A DNA stretch of 63,780 nt, filler included, from Nemertoderma westbladi (GCA_032718475.1; 4 parts of 4 records of this genome joined end to end with filler, not necessarily neighbours in it); one strand, 5' to 3'; positions 36,165 through 50,411 are shown, counted from the first letter of the whole stretch. The notes: a model not told the origin generated them from the sequence alone. A program made the numbers and translations.

Positions 36165-38078
36165 TGTGATACCGGTTTAAATATACGTCTACTGTATACT
36201 GGGTTTAGGGAGATACCAGTAACTAGAGTAGATATATATGTAGTGCACTGTTATTAGGATATTATACTGCTATACTGCTGTACTATGTCAGGCAGGATAT
36301 TATGCTTATATTACAGTACCGCTTTCAAATAACGTCGTATTGGTTCCTAATAGGATCCTATTAGGATCCAAGTCACTGATTCACTACTATTGGAGTTAGG
36401 ATTTAATTGGAAATGAAATTTAGCCCAAATTCCAGACTTGGAGGCACTTAGGATTTGACTTGGATTTCATTAAGAATTTACTTGGAAATTGGCGCTTACT
36501 TTGATGTCTGGAAGGTGGACTGACTTAAACTATGCTTGTGCTGGTCTACTTCTTCTCTATCCTGTCAATCATTAAGTTGTATAGAATGGGGTAGACTCAG
36601 CCTAAAGTTTGCGTAGTGTTCAGTTCATTAAATTGAGGTATGGTTGTCGATGGAAGATTACACTCCTACTGTACCTTGTATTGCCAGCCTCTGACGTAAA
36701 TAATATTTAAAATATAAACTCTAATAGATGAAATCCACACACATTTTAGTTAACGTCCGTGGGCTGGTGGGCTCTGGAATAATTAAAATCGTATTGAACT
36801 TACAAATAAATGTAGGATCACACACTGTATTTATTACTATTGAACATATTTTGAGTAATAAAGAGTAAAACACAATGTTTGTGTAATTATTAATAGAATA
36901 AATATTAGTTTATTTTCATTTATTAATTAATAATTAGACAGGGGCTAAAACTGGGCGACTAAATAAATGTATGTTATCCACGGGAAATTTTCATTTCCTG
37001 TACACAATGACATTCTGCTTACTATACAAACACTGCTTGCTGTAAGAGGAGTACAGGGGTAGATAATTGGGTGTTCAATTATTATTATAGTCTTAAAAAT
37101 AAATATGGGCTATTAATAATTAGCAGCCCACTTACTGCCTAACACGCTGTATCTCATTCTGTAGTTAAATATCCGTTCGGCCAATAGGAAGTCATTGATT
37201 AGTCCCCAAGGAGGGCTAGGGACTACAGCCCCCCCCCCCATCCCTTCCCGACATAGATAAACTGTAATATTGAAGATAAACTGTAATATTGAATGCTATA
37301 TTTTACTGAAACACACAAGTTCCGTATTTAAACATAACACCCACAAAGCACATTACACTCTCCAAGCAGATTCCGCAACATGTCACAATCCGTATCGCTA
37401 CCACTACGAAAAATAAATGACATAACATCCTACAGGAATTAACAGAGTTTAGTGGTTTGTAACAAACTTAACCTCTTGGGATATTGTATTGATATTAATA
37501 TTAATTATAAATTATATTTATTATACCATGGAAATGGTAAAATTGCCAGATCTAAAGAGTTCGCACAATAATTTAAATAAAATTATTAAAAGTGTGACGT
37601 CCGAATATAATCAGATTACGCCTTAGCAGCCCAACTACTTGTTGAGGCTCACTCAACTAGTTGGCCGGCCTATTTTACACAAGCGGCGATACCTTTACCG
37701 TATGGTAGTTAATGTGTCCAGATGTTGAGTTAAAGCCAGTAGTTTGCATATTTAACATTAGCCTATGGGGGGAGTATTGTTGTTGTAAGATAAGTCAGGG
37801 GAAGGGAAGTACAACTCAACCACTAGACAAAGCGGCTCTCTTTACTACTTTCAGCTATCCTGGGAGGTTGATTGTCAGACACCTCTAAGCTTTGATATTT
37901 AGCCGATCTAGGTAGACTTGCATTAGGCAAATTCCAAGTGATTTCCTAAAGGTTATTTATTTCCTATTAGGTTCCTATTAGGATCCTATTAGGATCCAAT
38001 AGGACGTTATTTGAAAGCGTTACTGTATATAGCTTCTTTATCTAGAGGCTACATATTATTATTAAGCTTGCCATGACA
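36165..38078 (+). mobile_element. Probable 5' LTR (about 200 bp net) of the gypsy element at 38453, interrupted by the TIR element
   Basis: TGTGAT at 36165 and ATGACA ending at 38078, directly followed by a PBS-like TGGCG. No partner LTR survives to confirm it. Confidence 0.4.
36314..38025. mobile_element. Non-autonomous TIR DNA transposon with TIRs of about 55 bp and TA TSD
   Basis: TA|CAGTACCGCTTTCAAATAACGTCGTATTGGTTCCTAATAGGATCC ... GGATCCTATTAGGATCCAATAGGACGTTATTTGAAAGCGTTACTG|TA. Confidence 0.9.
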
Positions 38079-38092
38079 TGGCGCTACGAGTA
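38079..38092 (+). promoter_or_regulatory. Putative primer-binding site (tRNA-Ser-like)
   Basis: TGGCGCTACGAGTA immediately after ...TGACA and about 370 bp upstream of gag. Confidence 0.5.
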
Positions 38093-38452
38093 TGTGAATC
38101 TCTGTGGGGAGGCGAAGCTGTGTTATTTGATTAGCTTAATTTCTGACTTTGCTGCTTTGTTGGGCTTCAAACTGTCAGTGTTAAATACTGAACTGCTGAA
38201 ATATGTCTACCTGCCTAGTGTTGTACCGGTCCGGTCAGCCGATCCGGCAACTGAGTTTTTTTTAACGCTGCTCTATTATTTCAGTACTTACCAGTCTAAT
38301 GAGTGACGAAAGGCTGCAGATCGCAAAGCTGCACAGCAGTCTAAGAAAAAAATAAAAGCAGTTTATAGGGCTGAAAGTATACTCAATATACTCAATAGTG
38401 GGCTCAAAATACAGAGTATTTTGAGAATCAAGGAAAAGCTGAAACTACAACT

Positions 38453-40576
38453 ATGAACGAAACTCCGGATGAATCGTCATCTGTGCCAGATTTGTCTACA
38501 ATTCTTAACCAGTTTATGCATTATATGAGTATAGATCATCAAGATCATGCTGATCAAGAACGAATTCGTGCTGCTGAACGAGTTGAGGAACAACGTAGGT
38601 TCGAAAAGTTTCTCGATGTGATCAACAATCAGAATGTTGAGGCTGCTACTAGGCAGCAGGGAAATGCTGCTGTTGGCAACCAATATGGGACTAGATCTCC
38701 TAGTAATCCGGTGAGTTCCGTGGCGAGATCGGCTTCATCCCCAAAGGAACTGCTTAGAAATGCTACATTAGCAGAATTTAATAATTGGTTGTCTTCATAT
38801 GATGATTATGCAACTTTAGTCCACTTAGGACAGCTTCCAAGACTGGAACAGCGTGCTGCATTGCATCATGCCCTATCTCAAGATGTTAAGGATGTGTTAG
38901 AGCATGCAATTGATGTGCAAACTGATGACATTGGCAATCCGACTGTTGCAGAGGTAATTGATAGCCTTTCCCGACATTACCAAAATCACCGGGATTTAGC
39001 CCGGGAACGTGAGGCATTTTAGCAGAGGACTCAGCATTTAGCTGAATCATTCAATGCATTTTTTATTGCTCTCCGGAAACTTGGTTGTGATGCCGACCTC
39101 TGTCCATCTTGTTTTGATACCAGAATAGCAGATAGAATCCATGTTGGATTAGCTAACCAAGAGATTCGCAGACACTTAATGGCTATCTGGCCCTATCCTG
39201 ACTTGTCAGAAGTTGTGAAGTTCTGTAGAAGAGAGGAGGCTGCTCTCATTAATGCCTCTCCAACCACAGATATAAGTGACATAAATTGAGATAGGTCATG
39301 TTATACTAGGTCTACTTCTACTGTTAGAAATTATCGAGGATGTTCTTTTAATCGTCCTTCTAGTAGAAGTCATGATCTGAGCCCTTATCATCAGAATTTG
39401 GGTACATGTAAATTTTGTGGGTGGTGAGGTCATGATGGAGGGACCAACTGCCCAGCACGGAATTCAAATTGCCATGGTTGTGGTAAGGAAGGTCATTGGA
39501 GACCTAAATGTTATTCCACCAAGTGCAAAAACAACCTTGATGCAAATAACATTGCAAATGATGATGAGTATTTTTCAACTGGTTCTGTCATTATGTACCA
39601 TATTCAAAATTCAATAAACCCACCCACAGTTTCAATGAAATTTACACCTATAGACAAAGGACAAGGTGCAAATGCCGTTGTTATTCCTGATACTGGGGCA
39701 GGGGCTACAATTATTCCTCCAAGGCTATTGTCATTATTCAAGTTGTCGCATTCTGATTTAGTCCATACAGAAATGCGGTTGAAAACCGCTAATGGTGAAA
39801 AATTAGAATGTTTGGGAATTATTCCTTGTATGGTTACATTTGGTGCTAGAGAAACAGAAGTTAATGTGTATGTCTGCCCTTTAGCCTCAAGCTTTTTACT
39901 GGATTTGAATGCTTGTAAGCAACTAATGATTATTCCGAATAATTTTCCAAGCCAAATTATTAAAGTACCACAATATCCGCAGTGTGTTTATCATGTTGAT
40001 GTCTCAAAATTGCCTGAAAATCAAACATTAAATAAATCAGTTCAAATAAGGCACAGTTATTAATTCAGTACAAAGATATTTTCTCAGATAAAGAAAGTGT
40101 ATTAAAACCTATGGGTGGAGATCCCATGAAAATACATATGAAAGAAAAATATCAGCCACATTGTTTATCTGCTGCGAGACAAATTCCACTTGATATTCGA
40201 AAATATGTTGAATCTGAGCTTAATAATATGGTGTCCCGTGATATTATTAAACCGGTGGAAGATATTCCCACTGAATGGTGCCACCCATTAGTATGTGTGC
40301 CTAACCCAGCAGGAGATTTGCGAATATGTGTCGATTTTACACATCTGAATGAATATTGTTCTCGTCCATATCACCCCCAAAAGACACCATGTGATGCAGT
40401 TGATAATGTTAAGCCATCTGATAGATTCTTTTCTAAATTGGATATGTTGCAAGGTTATTGGCAGCTGAAGCTTTCTGAGGAAAGTCAACTTTTAATAACA
40501 TTTATTACCCCCATGGGCAGGTTTAAATACACTCGAGCATCAATGGGCCTTGCATCAACTGGTGACGAAAATCGTG
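38453..40576 (+). mobile_element. Ty3/gypsy (Mag-like) gag-PR-RT, decayed and truncated within RT
   Basis: Gag with CHGCGKEGHWRPKC; PR VIPDTGAGATII; RT WCHPLVCVP..LRICVDFTHLN, FSKLDMLQGYWQ, TFITPMGRFKY..MGL. Stops and frameshifts present. Confidence 0.9.
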
Positions 40577-43315
40577 ACCGAAAACATTAACAAGGTTGAG
40601 AAAGCTAAGGACGATCTTAAATTGGCCTACAACATCAGCCAGGAAAAGTACATACAGGATAAAATTAAAGCAATTATCAGCGGAGGTATGGAAAACCGGA
40701 GTGCTAAATAGACCATTATTGAATGTTTGCAACCGGATGTTAAAAGGGGAAAAGCCACCACCAATTTGGACTAAAGGTCAACTAAAGCCTCTCCCCAAGA
40801 AAGGAGACCTTGGCATACCAACAAACTATCGTGGGATCTGTCTGCTTGTGGTAGCTGCCAAAATATACAATAAAATGATTCTATATAGGATTAGGCCTCA
40901 CATAGAGAAACTACTGCGTAAGAGCCAAAACGGATTTCGACCAAGTAGATCAACAATAGCTCAGATACTTGCACTACGGAGACTGATTGAAGGAATTAAG
41001 TCAAAGAATCTCCCCGCAGTCATCTTCAAGAAGGCATTCGACTCCATCCATAGAGGTAAAACCAACCACCAAGGTTAAGGCTGAATCACCAGCCGATCGC
41101 CTCAATGGTTGGAAAGCCCACTTTGAAAAGCTCCTCAATAATGACAGGGTATTGCCTGATAATTTTATAGAAGTAAAAGTGTCTGAGTCTGTACTCCCAG
41201 ATATTCCCATTGGCGATATCTCCTTTGCAGAAGTGAAGGCTGCTGCAAAGAGCATTAAGACCAATCGTGCCAGTGGAGTAGATGGTGTTCCCCCTGAGGT
41301 CTTTAAAATACCTGAGTGTTTAAAGCTCATCTATCCCATCATAGTAGACATGTACCGAACAACAAAAGTCCCACAAGAAATGAAAACAAATAAGTTGGTG
41401 CCAGTTCCCAAGAAGGGCAACCTAACACTCTATGGTTCTTTTCGGGGAATCTCATTGATCTCGATTACTGCAAAGCTATACAATAGGATTCTATTAAATC
41501 GCATCAGGGATCCCATTGAGAGACTGCTCCGTGGAAATCAGAATGGGTTCCGTAAAGGTCGTGGGACCATGGAGCCCATTTTGGCACTTAGAAGGATAAT
41601 TGAAGAGTTATCAAAAAAGAAAGACAGGCATCTGGCTGTTATCTTTGTTGACTTCTTCAAGGCCTTTGATTCAGTCTCTCGCTCACGTATGTTCAGCATA
41701 CTTTCATTATATGGAATTCCTGATGAAATTATTGCAGCAATCAGATCAGTATACGATGGTTCGACAACATTTGTGTCTACTGTTGACGGTGACACAGAAC
41801 CATTTGAAGTGTTATGGGGCGTCCTCCAAGGAGACACACTTGCACCATTCTTGTTCATTATTGTGGTTGACTATGTTCTACGCATGTCCTTAGATCATTA
41901 TAATGATGATGGGGTGATGATAACTCCACCTACTCCACCAAAATTCTGACAGTTAACTTTGAAAGTCCTCAGCAAGTCTCTGATCGGATGAGCATAAGCT
42001 CAAAGGATGGTATGCTTGAGCATGTGGACGACTTCTGTTACCTGGGATCATGGATCCGGAAGTCAGGTGAGGACCTTCGAATACATAAGGGAAAGGCATG
42101 GGCAGCCTTGAATAGGCTTTCCAGGATTTGGAAGTCACCGAGAATTAATCGGAAACTTAAGGTCCGATTATTTAGAGCAGCAGTAGCTCCAGTACTCCTC
42201 TACGGGAGTCCATGCTGGGCTCTAACTGCTGAGGACACCAAATCTCTGGATGGCACATTCACAAGAATCCTACGCCGGGTTCATTGTGTCAAGTACAATG
42301 CACACATCTCCAACCAGACACTATATAACATTGGAGGTGTCTCATTGGTTCCCCCAAGCTTGACACTAGAACAAAATCGCCTCCGCTTTGCAGGACATTG
42401 CTTTCGCCGTGAGGACCAGCCAGTGCATAATCTTGTACTTTGGCAGCCTCATGGAGTGAATAAGCATGGTGGACAGCCCATGACTTTCTTGAGACGCATC
42501 TTAAAGGACACTGGCCTTAAAGATGCGGATGATCTAGCAAATGTCATGGGTGATAGGGAGTTGTGGCGGTGCAATTTTGTTGACAAGCCGGCACAGCATT
42601 CTTAAAAATGCAGCTGCAATGCAGCATGCCGATCCTAGTAATAGAGGTAAAATGCTTGAAATCCTAAGAGCTTATGGAATACCAGAAGTAATTGTTGCTG
42701 GCATTGGATTGTTATATTGTGACACAGAAGCGCAGGTACTCTCACCAGATGGTGAAACTGAGTTTTTCTCAATCCTGGCTGGCGTACTGCAAGGTGACAC
42801 ATTAGCACCATTACTATTTGTAATTGTGCTGGATTACGCAATGAGGACGGCCACAAAGGGTGAAGATCTGGGATTTACACTTCAAGAACGCAGAAGTAGT
42901 AGATATCCGGCAACTACAGTCACAGACACCGATTTTGCGGATGACATCGCCCTGCTCTCTAATACGCTAGCAGATGCACAGCTTCTACTAAATAAAGTGG
43001 AGAGGGCTGCTAAGGAGGTTGGATTGCATATAAATGCTACCAAGACCGAATTCATGACCTTTAATGTTGATGGAAACTTGACAACCATTGATAATAATCA
43101 ACTAAGGAAGGTCGATGACTTCCAGTACCTTGGATCATGGATAGAGAGTAGCAAAAAGGACATAGAAGTTAGGAAAGCAAAGGCTTGGGTAGCTCTATCA
43201 AAAATGGATACCATCTGGAAATCAGATCTCTCCAGGCACCTGAAGACTAAGTTCTTTCGAGCCACAGTGGAAAGTGTATTTTTATACGGGGGTGAGACCT
43301 GGACACTGACTAAAT
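40577..43315 (+). mobile_element. RTE family A copy with internal deletions, interrupted by RTE family B
   Basis: Near-identical to 51945-53400, with a deletion of about 300 bp at about 40678 and a short deletion at about 41023. Resumes at 42641 after the insert. Confidence 0.92.
41062..42640 (+). mobile_element. RTE family B, 5'-truncated, with a 12-bp TSD
   Basis: RT motifs FRGISL, VDFFKAFDSV, GVLQGDTLAPFLF, FCYLGS and RLRFAGHC. TSD ATAGAGGTAAAA at 41050-41061 and 42641-42652. An internal deletion near 41935 removes the ADD motif. Confidence 0.9.
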
Positions 43316-46300
43316 AACGCGCGTCACATCTAGCCGCTTTATCGGGATGCTCTGGCCGAAAGCGTTTAGTCGGAGTATGACTATTCGTTTGGAGTAACGC
43401 GTCATGGTTACGTCTACATAGAGGACATATGTCATTGTTTGGGCAGTCCTTCCGGATGTGTCCAGTCCAGGCATGGTACATCTCCAACAAGAATCCAACG
43501 GGCGAATCTGGAGCCGTCTTTCTTCAACTCCTAACTCTCTAAAAGTGCAATATCCACGTAGTTTGTGTCCACTATAATTTCTGCCGTTCCGCTCGCAGTA
43601 TGGGCATCCACAAAATCCACCGGCAACTGTTGTCGTGGCTGTTTGGTACCGATAGGCGTCAGAACTTTAGAAGTGTCCATTGGGGTGGCATAAGTCACAG
43701 ATTTCGCGTTCATCGGAAATGGTTTGGTTAGATTCGGCGTAGCTATAGCTATTCCTTCTGCTGCTATATGGTGGTCATTGTAGTTAGATCTGGTCTCGAC
43801 CACGGCCTCTCGCGAAATCAATTGGTAAACATCGGTGAGCTTCAATAGCCCGCCGGCCTCTTCACGCTGGTACTCTATCTGTCGCCATTCTTGGCGTAAC
43901 CAATGATGGAGTCTACCGATTATCCTGATTAGAACTGTCGGCGCGTTGGCGTATTCGAGTTGTCCGATGGACCGTAAAGTCCCTATAGCGTTTTTGATTA
44001 CGTCTGCAAGTCGTAGAATATCGATCAGTTTTGAAATACTTCCGCCTCTACAGAGGTCTTCTATAATAGATTTAGCCATGGCTACATTACCGCCGTAAAT
44101 AGAAAACAAGCGGTCGTACGCCAACTCGAAGGCTTTCGGAATACCAAAAAGGTCTCCGCTAATCGTTTCGGCTCACCAGATAGAACCTGGAGCATGTAAT
44201 TAAACTTCTCCGTCGAGGTGAAGGCACATTTAGCGATCTGGGACTCCACATAGTCTACCAGCATACGCCAGTGTTTCGTGTTTCCAGAGAACTTCGGTGG
44301 TTGTGCCGGCAATCCGTGTCTAGCTGCGAACTTAGCAATCTCGTTTACTAAATCTAACTGTCCGCTGTTCAAAAATCCCTGTTCAGTTACGGCGTCCAGT
44401 CGTTCCCATCCATGCGTTGTTCGTCGGTAGGATAGGTTAATGGGATTGGTTCGGAGTTTGTCTAGTCTCCTGTTCTTTAAGTGGTGGTCTATGTGGTCTA
44501 GCTAGTCAGTCCGTTACAGGTCGCATTATTTCGGCGAGTCTGTTTTTGCTAATCGTCTCAGTCGGTTGCAATACGGGTTTCTGGACGGGTGTTTCTCATG
44601 GAGGATTGTCGATGTAAGGATTTGTCGATCTCTCTTCTCGTTTGTAATCATCCGCCGCTCCAGTACGGAATATTTCTCGTTCCGTCGACTCTGAGTCATT
44701 AGATGAATCGCTGTCGTCCGGATAAGGTGGTTGGCGGGTTCGTGTACGGCGTGTAGATCTCGTCGGTCGCATTTGCCTTTATTCTACTTCCACGGTCCTT
44801 CGTCGTTCGGTAGGCTCGCAAGCCTTCCATGAAGTCGTAGGTTTCGGTGTGTTCCGTTCTAACTTGTGGGTACTCGCTTTCGTCCTTCTGGGCTCCTCTC
44901 GGAGGCGCACCCATGTGGCGGACCAGTCACTGTACACGTGTACTCAACAGATGTTCACAATATCAAGTACACAACGGTAAGCACAAAATCGAACACATAC
45001 CATGCCATTGTTGGGAAAGACAAAATCGGTGTCAAATCAGAGGGGACAAAATTGTATCAACTCATAAAAGTTGAGAGTACCTTATTTTGCCATCAGGGCA
45101 AAATAACTTTGTGTGCACAAAGTATGCTGGGGCGCAGTAGAGATATGGTCCTACTAATACCAGCGGCATCTGGACCAACTGGCAAGGGTTCCCATACTCA
45201 CTCGCAGTGGCCATACATACACTCACATGTACCACGTACCCACAGCAACAGAAAGCTCAAAGACCCAAACAAATCCCAAAGACCAATCAGCTGAACATGG
45301 AGACAATAACATATAGTATTAAAAAAACGGAACAGCTGATGGCCAAAGGAACCCATCCAAGCCCCAAGCAAACTGCCACTGATCTCTCACATACAAAGTG
45401 TGGGTGGTGGCATGGCGTGATTTGTGGTTCATGTGGGGTACATGAACCACAAATCACGCCATGCCACCACCCCTACTGTGTACAGGACTGGCAGTACGGC
45501 AACAGGCCGACTAGATGGAACCACAGCACCATATTGATTCATGGTTCGCTAGACACGAGGGCTTTCAGTGACTCCCTAGCACTATAACGACAATTTAACA
45601 TGCCCCAGACCCTCATGAGTCCGCCGCCGCCTGCTGTGGGCACCCCTATAGTGACCTCACCTCTTTAGGTACCCACAAGGTTTGCTTGTCGTTCGGTAGG
45701 CTCGCAAGCCTTCCGCGAAGTTATAGGTTTCATTGAACAATGTATAAACGGTCGAGTAAAGTAGTCAGGTTTAGTCGCAGTCGGTCTGTAAATCACTGGG
45801 TTCGCACAGCACATCACAGGTATAACTGGTAACGGCTTACTTACCTGTTTGACTGTCATAAACATGGGTTCGTCTCTGCCTACTAGTAAACTACGGCTTA
45901 CTGTAGGTGGACTACTTACCTTACCTGCTAAAATCGGCGATGACGTCACTCGTGGATTTGGAATTGACTCCGACATAACAAACCTGTTACTCCGGGTCGA
46001 TTGTACGGGCGATATCTCCTTCGATTTTACAACTATACTCGGTTTCACTGAAGTCGTAGGTTTGAGCATGGGAATAACTTGGGGAAAACGCTTGCAGTAA
46101 TCCTCTACGAATTCTTCTCCTTGCTCGATCGCTCCCACACTTCCTTCATCTATTCTCTTCTGAATTTTGCGATGTCGAACCTCCAAGCGATCCAGGGCAG
46201 ACAAGTCATGTCCAGCTCGGGACCTTATGGATCTATCTCTTGCATCGAGTTCGAGGTCCTCTTGCGCATTTGCTAACTCCCATGATCTCCGGTTTAGCTC

Positions 46301-47530
46301 GAATTAGAGTTTCATATCCCTTTCGCATCAGTTGGCCTCCTGTTGTTGCGCTGCTAACTCCGCCTCCTGTACAGCCAAACGAGCTCATATTTGTCGCGCC
46401 TTTAACTCGTCATGAGCTTCAGATGCTGCTTTCTCGTCAGCGTTTTTCGCCACGGGCTAACTCTTCCAATGCCGCCTGTCGTGCTGCTGCCGCCGCAGCT
46501 GCTTCTCGCGCTATGTCCTCCTCCAGTCTCCGTAATTCTGAGGCTTCAAACTCGACTTGAGCCTGGAGTTTCACAATATTTGCTTCTTCTTCCCTTCGTT
46601 GTTTCTCTCCCTTCATGGCGATCTGTGCCATTTGTAGTTGCACTACTTCTTCGGCGACTTGTTGTCGGTGTGCGACCTCCTGTTGTTGTCGAGTAATCAC
46701 AGACGCTGTTCTACTAACATCGCCAACGTCGCTCCGTATGCTGACGAATGATCTATCCCTTGGTGGAATTTGGTAGGCTCGCGAGCCTTCCGTAGTAAGA
46801 ACTTCCGGCGTGCCTCGCGGTTCGACTTCCGGTTCTTCGATCGGTACGCCGCATCTACGAAGAAAATTGGTGAGTGTTTCTAACCTCCCATCCAGGCAAT
46901 ACAGTTCTTCTTCCTCCTCGGGTTGTAACATCGTGTCGGCAGCTGACTCACCGAAGTTGATCGAGTTGCTCTTGTTGAGTTAATTCTATAACCGACTTAA
47001 ACTGGATGAGGCTTTCCCTCGCACTTACCAACTTATCAATTATCTTTACTTGTGTAAAGTTGTTGCCATGCAACTAGGTGAGTTCGTATAAACCTTTAAG
47101 TTTATCTACGGAGTCATGTACCCTACTCTCTATTCTTACCTGTAAGGTGTAGAACTATATTCATCATCATTACTTATCTCGACATCGTGGCGGTCAACTC
47201 ACGTAAAACGCGAAAACCTTCTCCGAAGTTTTGAGTAATCTGGGCCATGTGTCCTCCTATACTTCTAATAATGTTATCTTGGCTTCCAGCCAAACTTACC
47301 ATGTCCGGTTCCCGCAATCTGGTCTGCGGGATGGTGAGGAAGTCTTCGATTCTGCCGTAACCATGCGTTGCGGCTTCCAGTATTTCCGTTTGGGGTACCG
47401 GCGACGCACGCGGTATGACATCGGTGGAATCTCGGGGCCTCCTTCTCAGTTCGTCTACTGTCGATCTGTCTGGGTCACACGAGTCGTAGTCGGTCGGTAG
47501 GTGGGTATTGAGTCGAACGTGGTGTATCAC
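43316..47530 (-). mobile_element. gag: BEL/Pao LTR retrotransposon gag region, decayed, pol absent
   Basis: Coiled coil (EEANIVKLQAQVEFEASELRRLEE), PPKFSGNTKHW..EKFNYMLQVLSGEPKRL (Pao gag core), and three frameshifted Cys/His knuckles ending GHIRKDCPNNDICPLCRRNHDALL. Confidence 0.82.
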
Positions 47531-49719
47531 TCATGTCTATTATATACGTCAAGTACGGGTAATAAAATGTCAAAGTGTCAGAATGTCGAAATGTCAAACT
47601 ACTATACTATATATATACCCTAACCGGTACAAATAAAATCAAAAGGTATATAATAAAATAATAATAATTCAGCCTACCGGCTAAATCTGTACAAATAAGT
47701 GAGATAATGGTATATGCTACCAAAATGTAGATCAACAAGTACAAATAATAGGCAAAACAGCAATGTCTGATGGGAAAATACGTACCAACAAACACACTAA
47801 TTAGACAGTAGAACTCATAAATTTTGAGTACTACTGTGCTCTAAGTTTGAACGACACGAGTCGTAAAACTTACGCTCCTTTGATATTCCAGTCGTACAAA
47901 TTCCCAGATATAAACCGGATGTGAATTTTGCCGTTTCCAGCATCGCGGACGAATTTTGTGTCTCCCAAACTTGCGAAAAACCGCCTAATCCCTCGATACG
48001 GTCCAGAAATGAGTTCTTGAGTCCTGAAAAGTCGAAGGTGAGAGTTTTACTTCTACTCTACGAAAAATCTTCCTAGGTACCGATACAAATTGGTCTTTAA
48101 ACCTTATGTACCTTTTCAAGTACCGAAAAATAACACCGCACACACATGGCGTAAAATAAGTATTTACAAGAATATACATTTTCAGAATAGACAATTCCTA
48201 CTAAATATTTAATAAGAATATGTATTACTGAAAAGTCCAGTAGTATACCGCCTACCGCATCCTAGTAACAATGTACCTTACTGTAGGATCTAGTAGTGTA
48301 TACGGGCTTGTACAGTATCTGACAATAAATCCCAGTCCAGCGTGTCTAAATAAACAGATACTAAATATGCAAACTAATACTGGCGAGTAACGGAGCCTGG
48401 TGTCTATTCTAATACGTGGACGAGTCAAATGCCCAGGCGAACTAGACAAAACAGGATACCCGGCCTCTAACCGGTGAGACAGATGTACAGTCTACAGTAA
48501 CAGACCAAACTCACGCGAAAACAATCCCCGCGCAGCGAATCCTAACTATCGCTAATGGACCTAAATACCGTAAACTTGCCGCGGTATGATTTATATGGGT
48601 TATATACGAGCTAATGGGTTAACAACCTAGCGTAATGATACTGCCACTGACTGACAAAGCAGTCAAAAGGGGGTGGTGCCTAAAGTATCAATACTACTAC
48701 TCAGATAGGAAAATAGCAGTCAAAAGGGGTTGCATGACTAAATAACTCTTGCTGTAAATCAAATACTTCCTAAAATTATAAATACGAATGGTAGATCTGT
48801 AGGATGTCTCTTACCGAAAGTAACCTAAAGTAATCTATAGCTAGTAGGTTTCAAAGGGGTATATATGTTTTAGGGCGTGTATGTGTGTTACGAATAAAAC
48901 AATTTTGGTGGATCTTAATTTTACTAGGTTTTAGTGATTTTAATCAAAAACAATACTTACAAACTGACTCAAAGCTCTCTCCTCCTTATCCACAACTCAA
49001 CCGGGCAATTACGGTGTTAGTAACTACACCCGTGATTGGCACTAAATACCAGATTCTGGTTGTAAGATAAGATAATAGTTGTTAATTACTACCGTACGTA
49101 GCTGATCTGGTATACTAATTTGATTCTAGAACTTTGTTACTGCAGTGGTTAGCAGTAAATACCTATCAGTACGTGGCAAGGCGCGGTAGGATGTTAGTAA
49201 CCTCCCTAGGCCAAGCATGTGCCGGTAGCAGAAAGCTGCTCCTTGCCTGACTAAATATTTCGGACTCAGACAGGAGCACTGACTGTATATACTACAAGGT
49301 GAACCAGTACGGAACTGTCAGTACTGCAAATCACTAAATTATAGAGCATGTGCTATCCACACCTAAAGTGTACTTGCGTGTACTAACGAACAGCAATAAC
49401 TCACACCTGTAATACATGCAGGTCAACCCAGGGGTTTTTGTCAGCGCACTATCTGAATCTAAAGTATTTGATCCTAAATTTTATGGCGTCCCATGATGGC
49501 GTCACGATTTACCCTGATCTAAAGGTCAAGGGCATCAAACAAAGTCTTACCTTCCTCTGACGTGGGCGTGGTATGGCAAGGATCATGCTTCGAATGGGGC
49601 GGGCAGGCGAATTTAATGTGGGCGCTCAGTGTGTTGTGGACATCTTTTCCCTAGAGTTGCTGACGGCCTAACTGCTTAGGCAGCCATTTCCCAAATGCTT
49701 GACTGTCCCAAAGGTGGAT

Positions 49720-49918
49720 CGAGTAAAATATACATGTCCAGGTTTACAGTATATTTATGTAATTTACAAACTTATCAACTTTACTTTACAAATAATAACC
49801 AAAGGGTAAAGGATGATAGATTAGTACAAGTGATGACCAAAAGGCAAACCGGCCCTTATATAGCAAATCTGGGACATAGAATCCACTAGAACATTCCAGG
49901 ACATTCCATGGCCTCACA
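49720..49918 (-). mobile_element. LTR-like segment, possibly the 5' LTR of the BEL element
   Basis: The minus strand begins TGTGAGG and has a GCTATATAAG TATA-like box followed by AT-rich sequence. No partner LTR or PBS identified. Confidence 0.3.
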
Positions 49919-50040
49919 TTGGAGCAATAAGATGTTCGATGCCCTATGATTGGCCCAACTCATCATTCCACATGTTGTACGCACCTTATTGACCTATCTA
50001 GTTTAATCAAATCGAAAATTAATAGCCCAAAAATGCAAAT

Positions 50041-50112
50041 TCCCGACCAGGATTCGAACCAAAGACCTACCTATAATGTAACCAACACCTTAACCCATCT
50101 GACCACTGCGCC
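50041..50112 (-). mobile_element. tRNA-derived SINE head or tRNA pseudogene
   Basis: A-box-like TGGTCAGATGG and B box GGTTCGAATCC at tRNA-like spacing; the acceptor stem does not pair. Confidence 0.55.
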
Positions 50113-50411
50113 AATAGAGTCACCAATGAACTAATACTTACTAATAGGAATAGGCATATTACATTACTACAAATTAAGTCAAAATTCGTCGGATTTAGAA
50201 AGTTTTTACGCGGTACTATAAATTGCTACCTAACAGTGAAATATTCCATCAAAAAAATACTTACTGACTGGTAAGCCTAATAATTCACTGTACTAGTATA
50301 CTGAATGCCTCCGCACCAAAAACGAATCTGTACTTTCTGCCTTTGGGTTAGTATTGTTGCTACCAACTATATGGCAATCCAGAATCATCCTCCTCAATTA
50401 ATTACTTACAG

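Noticed and set aside
50041-50112. Functional tRNA gene
   Set aside because: A and B boxes are present, but the acceptor and anticodon stems do not pair.
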